A stretch of 64,000 bases of DNA from an uncultured Lachnospiraceae bacterium (lineage in GTDB: Bacteria; Bacillota; Clostridia; Lachnospirales; Lachnospiraceae), in NCBI GenBank assembly GCA_902775895.1, contig CACYNO010000008.1, positions 17,557 through 81,556 of the forward strand. Direction: 5' to 3'. Every line of letters begins with the position of its first letter. The first letter of the stretch is position 1. The notes beneath the pieces were generated by a model that was given only the letters and a program-made list of their open reading frames with translations, ran no database searches and was not told where the DNA came from. The translations under genes and the position numbers were made by a program. This document shows, one piece after another, positions 57,520 through 64,000 of the stretch.

Positions 57520-59139
57520 TCATTCCTGCAACAGCTTCAGAACCTCATCTGAGAACTTCCAGCGTATCTCCACATGCCTTGGATCATAAACAACTACCTT
57601 ATCAACCAAAGCCTGCACAATCTTCTGATCAAGCTCCGTGCCCCCGGAAAACTTATCCAGCGTTTCCAAAGCATCCTGCGTGCCATCATCCTGTACAACC
57701 TCTGCCTCATGAAGCCTCTCTTCCAGCTCTGCTATCTCTGCATCAAGCCTCTCAGCCCTCCGTGTCAGATCAGCACGCCTGCTCTGATATACATCCTTAT
57801 CCAGAGTACCGGCCATAAACTGATCAACATTGGCAAACCGCTCCGCATCACATTTTTCTCTGTCCTTCTGTAGCTTTGCCAGCATCTTAACTAGCCTGGA
57901 ATTATCCCGATCAGCTTCCTGCTGCCTCTGTCTCACCTTTTTCTTTGCATCTTCCGCTGTACTCAGCAGAGCTTTGATGGATTCCCAGACAACCTCATTA
58001 AGCACATCCTCCCGGATATATTCCTTACTACAGCCACCATCTCCGACCTGAGCCTGAGAATGCGGGCATCCGAAATATCTATAAGGTCTGCCTCTGATGA
58101 TTCTATCCTTAAACGGCATCGCCCGACCACAAGTGCCGCATCTGACTTTCTTCCATAAAGGATAGCTCTTATCTGTTACCTGCTTTGTCTCACGGCGCTT
58201 ACGAAAAATCTTCTGAGCCTCCATGAACTCTTCCTTCGTTACAATCCCCGGATGCTTACCCTCGACAATAATCTGTTCATCCTTTGGTATCGCTACGGAA
58301 TGCTTCCAGCCAACACCAATACCTTCACGCCTATGCCCCACTACAGCTCCATAATACATTTCTTGTTTTAGAGTACGCCTGACTGAATTATGGTTCCAGC
58401 AGTCCAGTTCCGAAGTATTCTTAAACTTATTCTTCTCCGGATGTTTCCGCTGATAATATCGTGCAGGTGTCTCGTACCCCTTTTCGTTGAGCAGTCTGGC
58501 TATATCCGTGATCCTCATACCGCTTATCGCAGCTTCAAATATTTCTCTGACAATAGGTGCCGCTTCAGGATCAACCGTCAACTTATGATAATCCTCCGGA
58601 TCTTTCATAAGCCCAAATGGCACATGACCGCCAATATATTCTCCGCGTTTCATCTTCGCACGTTTAGCTGTCGTGACCTTTACCGAAAGGTCTTTGCTGT
58701 AATAATCATATACGATATTCTTCATCACCACATCGAGTCCACCAGTGGTTCCCTTGTAGTCCAGACTATCGTAATGATCATTGATGGAAATGAACCGAAC
58801 ACCCAGGAACGGAAAAATACGTTCCAAGTAATCACCCAGCTCAATGTAATCACGGCCAAAACGGGAAAAGTCCTTCACAATGACACAGTTGATGGTTCCA
58901 CCCTTAATCTTTTCCAACAGTCGCTCAAATGAAGGCCGCTCGAAATTAGTGCCGCTGTATCCGTCATCAAAGAATTCGTACTGCTCGCATCCGGCAAGTT
59001 CAGGATCACCACTTATGAAATTCTGTATCAACGCTTTTTGGTGGGAAATACTTTCACTTTCAGCTTTGTTTTCCCGTATCATCAGGTCACGATCAGCCTG
59101 AGACAATCGGATGTATTTCCCTATCACCCATTTACCCAT
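57520..59139 (-). CDS. large serine recombinase (third in the tandem set)
   Basis: 539 aa, YIRLSQAD catalytic Ser, VKDFSRFGRDY, recombinase domain, CGTCG...C zinc ribbon, coiled-coil tail. Confidence 0.9.
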   Translation of the reverse strand: MGKWVIGKYIRLSQADRDLMIRENKAESESISHQKALIQNFISGDPELAGCEQYEFFDDGYSGTNFERPSFERLLEKIKGGTINCVIVKDFSRFGRDYIELGDYLERIFPFLGVRFISINDHYDSLDYKGTTGGLDVVMKNIVYDYYSKDLSVKVTTAKRAKMKRGEYIGGHVPFGLMKDPEDYHKLTVDPEAAPIVREIFEAAISGMRITDIARLLNEKGYETPARYYQRKHPEKNKFKNTSELDCWNHNSVRRTLKQEMYYGAVVGHRREGIGVGWKHSVAIPKDEQIIVEGKHPGIVTKEEFMEAQKIFRKRRETKQVTDKSYPLWKKVRCGTCGRAMPFKDRIIRGRPYRYFGCPHSQAQVGDGGCSKEYIREDVLNEVVWESIKALLSTAEDAKKKVRQRQQEADRDNSRLVKMLAKLQKDREKCDAERFANVDQFMAGTLDKDVYQSRRADLTRRAERLDAEIAELEERLHEAEVVQDDGTQDALETLDKFSGGTELDQKIVQALVDKVVVYDPRHVEIRWKFSDEVLKLLQE

Positions 59140-60853
59140 TCTGAACAGCTCCCTTCTTCATTTCCCTGAAAATACGGTCAAGCACATCTTTCTGTTCTCT
59201 GAACTTAAACTCTACCTCAACGCGATTATCCTCATAGATCAGAACTTTCTTCACAAGGGCATTAACCAAATCCTGATCCAGTTCCGTAGCATCTTCTACC
59301 TTATGCATAGCTTGAAGCCATTCATTATTTGCAGTAAGCACACCATCCAGCTCCTTTTTTCTCGACTTTGCCTCAGAAAGCTGCTTCTCCAAACTGGCAT
59401 ACTCTTCATCATAGGATTTCTTCGCATACTGGTAGTCCGCCTCATCAAGGATTCCTTCAGCAAAACTCTCAAACAATCCCTCCCTGCGTGAATTGACCTT
59501 TTTCAGTTCCTGCGTCAAATAATTCACCTTCGCAACATACTGATCAATCAGATTACGTTCTTTCGCCGTTCCGCGGAGCTTCTGCATCATCTTTTCTTGA
59601 TTGAGCGCATATTCCATCTGCACCTGCATTGCTGCAAATACCGCATCCACCACATCCTGATAACGAATGCTGTGTCTCGTGCAATTCCTGTAACCGCTGT
59701 CGAGATAACCGCCACAGACATAATTGGTGTAATAGAAGTTCTTATCCCTTAGCGCATTGTTGCCCTTTACAAAACGCATCCGCTTTCCACAATCTCCACA
59801 GTAGATCCTCTTTACGAACAGGTTGACAATCTTATCCCTTACCTGCTTTGATTCTGCCCATTTCTTCTGCATCCTCGCGGATCTCTCGTCAAAGATTTTC
59901 TGAACCTTATCGAACAGCTCCTGGCTGACAATTGCTTCATGTGCATCAGGAATACATCTCCATTCGTCCGGCTTTGCCCTATGGCACTTTATTCCCTGAT
60001 ATAAGGACTTCGGCATCCTCCCATACACCAGCGTCCCGGTATAAGTTGCATTCTTCATAATGTCAATGATTGTCCGTCCATGCCAAATTGTATGCTTATA
60101 CTTCTCAGCATGCCAGATTCCCAACTCTACCTTCCGCCTTGCAGGTGTAACGGCTCCCATGTCATTCAGCCTCTTGCAAATCTCGCTATGAGAAACACCT
60201 GCTGCCTTCCATTCAAAGATCATTCTCACATATGGAGCGACATCTTCATCTACCTCATATCTGTAAGCCTTGGTCTTTGATTTCACATAGCCATATGGCG
60301 GAAATGCCGGAAGATATTCTCCTTTTTCCTGCCGTGCTCTGAAGCTGGTGATGATCTTTCTGGAAATATCCTTTGCGTAGACATCATTGATCATATTTTT
60401 CAAAGGGATCATCAAAGCGCCTTCTGCGTCACCGGCGGTCAAGCTGTCATATCCATCCGTGATGGAAATGAACCGGACTCCCAGAAACGGAAATATCTTT
60501 TCCAGATACTCACCGGCTTCGATATAATCACGCCCAAACCTCGACAGATCCTTCACCAGAACGCATTTCACCTTACCGGCACGGACATCATCCATAAGCC
60601 GATTGAACTCCGGCCTGTCAAAGTTTGTTCCCTTTTTACCGTTATCCTCATATATGTCATAGAGTTTCAGATCCGGATGCTCTTCCACATATTCTTTGCA
60701 AATGCTTGTCTGATTCTCAATGGAATCCCCATCATCATCTTTACCACTGTTTTCAATAGACAGCCTCACATATATTCCCGTCATGGTATATGAGGCTGTC
60801 ACGATTGACGTATCTATCTTCTGATTGACATTTTTTCTGCTCTTTCTTGCCAT
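59132..60853 (-). CDS. large serine recombinase (second)
   Basis: YVRLSIEN, VKDLSRFGRDY, CGDCG zinc ribbon. Start at MARKSRK after GGAGG (ORF track 60967). ATGGGTAA overlap with the next gene. Confidence 0.9.
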   Translation of the reverse strand: MARKSRKNVNQKIDTSIVTASYTMTGIYVRLSIENSGKDDDGDSIENQTSICKEYVEEHPDLKLYDIYEDNGKKGTNFDRPEFNRLMDDVRAGKVKCVLVKDLSRFGRDYIEAGEYLEKIFPFLGVRFISITDGYDSLTAGDAEGALMIPLKNMINDVYAKDISRKIITSFRARQEKGEYLPAFPPYGYVKSKTKAYRYEVDEDVAPYVRMIFEWKAAGVSHSEICKRLNDMGAVTPARRKVELGIWHAEKYKHTIWHGRTIIDIMKNATYTGTLVYGRMPKSLYQGIKCHRAKPDEWRCIPDAHEAIVSQELFDKVQKIFDERSARMQKKWAESKQVRDKIVNLFVKRIYCGDCGKRMRFVKGNNALRDKNFYYTNYVCGGYLDSGYRNCTRHSIRYQDVVDAVFAAMQVQMEYALNQEKMMQKLRGTAKERNLIDQYVAKVNYLTQELKKVNSRREGLFESFAEGILDEADYQYAKKSYDEEYASLEKQLSEAKSRKKELDGVLTANNEWLQAMHKVEDATELDQDLVNALVKKVLIYEDNRVEVEFKFREQKDVLDRIFREMKKGAVQNG

Positions 60854-60863
60854 CGTTTGCCTC

Positions 60864-62492
60864 CTATTCTGCTGCTGTTCCTGAGTAATTTCCCAACAGC
60901 TCAACCAGCTTTGTGTACTGATCGCCGTATCTGAAACATAGCCTGATTTTCTTATCCTCATGAACAATTATTTCTTCCAGCAACTCCACAACAGTCTTAC
61001 GCTCAATGGAAGTGATATTCTGATATTTCTTAAAGATATCGATCCATGCATAATTCTCACGGTTTTGCTCTATGGCCTGCTGCCGTTCCTGTTCTACTGC
61101 TACAATTGCAGCTTCAGCAGACTGGATCTTACTCTCGTAGCTTTTTTTGAAAAGGAAGTATTCTTCCTGCCCAATCATTCCCTCCTGCAAGTTCTCATAT
61201 AACTTCATTTTGAAGCTACGATTTCGCTCGATATCCTCCTTCAGCTTCACGATCTGAGCATCATAATTGAAAACGTTTCTCTGTGTCTCCGGCAGAGACT
61301 CAACAATCTTCAATAGTTCTTCCATTTCTATAACACTGGCCACTCTACTGCGTATTCCCTGAAGCACCGCATCATTTAGCTCATCATCTGTAATCTGATG
61401 AGTGCTGCAGCCCTTTCCGGCTTTCCTTGTAGAGCAAATATAATAGGTGTACCGTTTGTCTCCAGAAGTATATGTCTTCCTCACCATATTCTGACCACAA
61501 TCACCGCATTTCAGATATCCTGAAAATGGATACACCACTTCTTCATCCGGTGCAGAACGAATATCCTTTTGTAGGATCCGCTGCACATCATCAAATGTTC
61601 TCCGGTCAATGATCGCCTCATGGGCATCCTCAACGCGAATCCATTCTGTCTCATCCTTCGCAACAATCTTCTTCACCTTATAATTTGGTGTACTGGTCTT
61701 ACCTTGTATCAAGGCCCCGGTATATATTTCGTTTGTCAAAATTCTCGTCACCGATCTTGGAGACCACAAAGCCTGCTTGCGCACCTTAAAGTTTGTCTGA
61801 ACCTTGATACCCATAGACAGCTTATACTCCATCGGACAGAGCACACCCTGTAGGTTCAACTTCTCCGCAATCCGTCCCTGGCTCATCCCTTCAAGCTTCC
61901 ACTTATAAATTGCTCTCACAACCTCGGAAGCATAAGTATCAGGGATCAGCCTGTTATGATCTTCTGGATCCTTTAAATATCCGTACACAGCAAAAGCACC
62001 GATAAACTGTCCTTTCTTCCTCTTGATCTCTAACTGACTGCGGATTTTCACAGAGATATCTTTGCAGTATGCGTCATTGATCAGATTCTTAAAGGGAATA
62101 ATCAGTGAATCGGACTGGTTTCGGTCAAGGCTGTCGTAACTATCATTGATAGCAATAAAGCGAACACCCATAAATGGAAAAACTCGCTCAATGTAATTAC
62201 CAGCCTCTATATAATTTCTTCCAAAACGGGAAAGGTCTTTGACAACCACGCAGTTTACCTTCCCGGAGCGAATGTCTTCCATCATCTCCTGGAATGCCGG
62301 TCTGTCAAAATTGACACCGGAATAACCATCGTCGGTTTTTTCTGAAACCACATGGATCTCCGGATGCTTTGATATGAAGTCCCTGATTAGGGCTCTTTGA
62401 TTGGTGATACTGTCGCTTTCCAGCTTATCACCGTCATCACGCGACAGTCTCGCATAAATACATGCGTTGTATTCTTTCGATAAAACACTCAT
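60864..62492 (-). CDS. large serine recombinase (first)
   Basis: 542 aa, YARLSRDD, VKDLSRFGRNY, CGDCG zinc ribbon. Confidence 0.9.
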   Translation of the reverse strand: MSVLSKEYNACIYARLSRDDGDKLESDSITNQRALIRDFISKHPEIHVVSEKTDDGYSGVNFDRPAFQEMMEDIRSGKVNCVVVKDLSRFGRNYIEAGNYIERVFPFMGVRFIAINDSYDSLDRNQSDSLIIPFKNLINDAYCKDISVKIRSQLEIKRKKGQFIGAFAVYGYLKDPEDHNRLIPDTYASEVVRAIYKWKLEGMSQGRIAEKLNLQGVLCPMEYKLSMGIKVQTNFKVRKQALWSPRSVTRILTNEIYTGALIQGKTSTPNYKVKKIVAKDETEWIRVEDAHEAIIDRRTFDDVQRILQKDIRSAPDEEVVYPFSGYLKCGDCGQNMVRKTYTSGDKRYTYYICSTRKAGKGCSTHQITDDELNDAVLQGIRSRVASVIEMEELLKIVESLPETQRNVFNYDAQIVKLKEDIERNRSFKMKLYENLQEGMIGQEEYFLFKKSYESKIQSAEAAIVAVEQERQQAIEQNRENYAWIDIFKKYQNITSIERKTVVELLEEIIVHEDKKIRLCFRYGDQYTKLVELLGNYSGTAAE

Positions 62493-62634
62493 AGCCTGAT
62501 GCTCCTTTCGACTGATATTGCTCAGTCAGAAATCCAGCAATCAGGCTTTTCAGCTTAGTGATATTTGTTTCGACCTGAGCCTATCGTAACACGCCCACGC
62601 GCCAATTGCCACGTCATAAAAAAGATGACCACCA

Positions 62635-62874
62635 TCATCTGTTCCGCAGATAATGCTCCATGCAATCCTCCAGTGTCAGATCTGTATCTGCAAACTCCAT
62701 CTTCACTACAACGTTCCCACACTTGAACAAATACGGATTTTTGATCTGACGGATAAAGTCTTTTATTCTCTCGACCTTTGGCAATGTTCTGTCAATATGT
62801 ACATCATGGATATCAACCAATTCATCTCTGCTGGCCGTTCTAACATCCACAGCTTTCATTTCTTCTAATGTCAT
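62635..62874 (-). CDS. small conserved hypothetical protein (DUF6870-like by recollection)
   Basis: 79-aa ORF directly upstream of the recombinase triplet. The family assignment is from memory only. Confidence 0.4.
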   Translation of the reverse strand: MTLEEMKAVDVRTASRDELVDIHDVHIDRTLPKVERIKDFIRQIKNPYLFKCGNVVVKMEFADTDLTLEDCMEHYLRNR

Positions 62875-62944
62875 AAAGGGAACCTCCTTCGTCCTTGCTA
62901 CTCCTTAAAGTTCCCCAGACATGAAGGATTCCGATTTTTATGCA

Positions 62945-62985
62945 AAAAAATAGCGGCTGGTAGAGAAACATATCTCCACCAGCCG
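62945..62985 (-). terminator. terminator after the endolysin gene
   Basis: CGGCTGGT(A/G)GAG stem followed by TTTTTTT on the minus strand. Confidence 0.6.
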
Positions 62986-62991
62986 TCATTC

Positions 62992-64000
62992 TTAAATCCT
63001 ACGGACGAAATCCAACGAGATCCATCCGATTCCGCTCTTTAACCTGCCCCATCCGGCAGAACTGCCTTTGATAAAACGAACTCTGCCGAAATCCGTTCCC
63101 GGACCTTTCCGGATATTCAAATCAGAGATGCTGACCTTCACCAGAAATGGCACCTTCTCCGCAGGCTCCGCCTCTTTCGGCTCATACACTGCCTTGCCGT
63201 CCACATCGAACACCTTGTATCCTGGATTCTGATCCGCACACTTCTTCGCATTGTCCAGGATCTTATAAGCGCCCTTCTGTGTCTTACTATCTGCCCAGGA
63301 CTTCCTGACACGGTACCAGCGGATCACATCGCCACCGGAATCCTTTACGTCATACTGAGTCAGGTTCCACCTCTCAATAATGGAGATCAGCTTCTCCACA
63401 TAGGTCAGGCTTGTCGCATAGCCGCCATCCTTTATGATCTGCACAGCCTTTTTGTAATCCGTGCATCCCTTCAGCCCTGCATATCTCAGCTTGCTTCCGT
63501 TCTTCGCCCCAAGCAGATAAGCGGAGTGGTCAGCAATGGAATCCTCAATGCAGGGATACTTCCGGAAGTCAGCCGTGATCGTGATCATGCTACCGTCAGG
63601 ATTCTGTTCCTGCGTCTTTTTCGTGTACTTGCTCTTGCTATCCCAGCTGGATCCGCTCCAGGTATTCCCGGACAGGCTGCACTTCATCCCGAAGATGTTG
63701 TTAGCGTTCTGAGCCAGCTCGCTCTTCCCATAACCGGATTCCAGAATGAACTGAGCCAGCGATACCGATGCCAGAATGCCGCTTTTCCTCTGATCGGCAG
63801 TGAACAGTGCACCGACCTTCTTAATTGCGTCCGCTTCAGACAGATCCTTCAGGACAGATGCCTGAGTCCCCTTTGCAGTCGAACCGCCACCGGAATCAGA
63901 TGAACCCTGCAGCGCCTTCGTCACCTTCTCTGCCAAATCCCCCATCCTCGCATACATCCAGTTGCCCGGACAGGATTTGTTCGCAAACCACCTGTGAACC
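62992..64000 (-). CDS. multidomain phage-type endolysin (amidase_2 end + glucosaminidase + SH3-like repeats), 5' end outside window
   Basis: Frame stays open upstream of the listed ATG to the window edge (...HRWFANKSCPGNW = end of a PGRP/amidase_2 domain). LAQFILESGYGKSELAQNANNIFGMK glucosaminidase block. C-terminal SH3-like WYRV / LNIRKGPG. Confidence 0.8.
   Translation of the reverse strand, partial: VHRWFANKSCPGNWMYARMGDLAEKVTKALQGSSDSGGGSTAKGTQASVLKDLSEADAIKKVGALFTADQRKSGILASVSLAQFILESGYGKSELAQNANNIFGMKCSLSGNTWSGSSWDSKSKYTKKTQEQNPDGSMITITADFRKYPCIEDSIADHSAYLLGAKNGSKLRYAGLKGCTDYKKAVQIIKDGGYATSLTYVEKLISIIERWNLTQYDVKDSGGDVIRWYRVRKSWADSKTQKGAYKILDNAKKCADQNPGYKVFDVDGKAVYEPKEAEPAEKVPFLVKVSISDLNIRKGPGTDFGRVRFIKGSSAGWGRLKSGIGWISLDFVRRI

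Larger units (their letters stand above)
57481..64000 (-). mobile_element. terminal segment of a prophage-like integrative element (continues beyond 64000; left boundary unresolved, somewhere between about 53.6 and 57.5 kb)
   Basis: Endolysin, small conserved ORF and three co-oriented large serine recombinases. Confidence 0.6.

Noticed and set aside
1-64000. tRNA, rRNA, tmRNA and CRISPR genes
   Set aside because: I found no intergenic region with cloverleaf-like or rRNA-like sequence. All gaps over 100 bp are accounted for by promoters, terminators or leaders. A tRNAscan/Infernal run would be the definitive check.

Overview
The window looks like a low-to-mid GC Firmicutes/Clostridia chromosome segment, possibly Lachnospiraceae-like; this is inferred from gene content only. 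Almost everything from 3.7 to 37 kb is on the minus strand.

Core blocks:
- RACo-like activase plus a three-module MetH
- rplM-rpsI, lepA
- a compact dcw cluster: mraZ-rsmH-ftsL-PBP-murD-ftsW-ftsQ-ftsZ
- ychF
- a TetR plus radical-SAM pair
- larB-larE-larC(N-domain)-aldo/keto reductase
- a MATE pump and mntP
- a TPP-riboswitch-controlled thiC followed by thiD-S-G-H-F

Accessory or rearranged blocks:
- two diverged hicAB cassettes as about 750-bp direct repeats bracketing nfo and a metallophosphoesterase
- an internally deleted hipA remnant
- a DUF2325-flavodoxin-DUF3793 operon and neighbouring genes, all behind promoters that carry the same GTTAGC-N4-GCTAAC palindrome
- intact and decayed DUF4143 ATPase paralogues with repeat-rich leaders
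- duplicated and scarred flavin-reductase/flavoprotein/ArsC cassettes

The right end (about 54-64 kb) is the end of a prophage-like integrative element. It holds a multidomain endolysin, a small conserved ORF and three tandem large serine recombinases. Next to these sits a tightly packed HTH / AbiH-like / 5'-truncated Type III Res-like helicase-nuclease unit. This unit is my best candidate for something not yet described.

I recognised no rRNA, tRNA or CRISPR array. All calls come from reading the sequence and motif recall; no searches were run.
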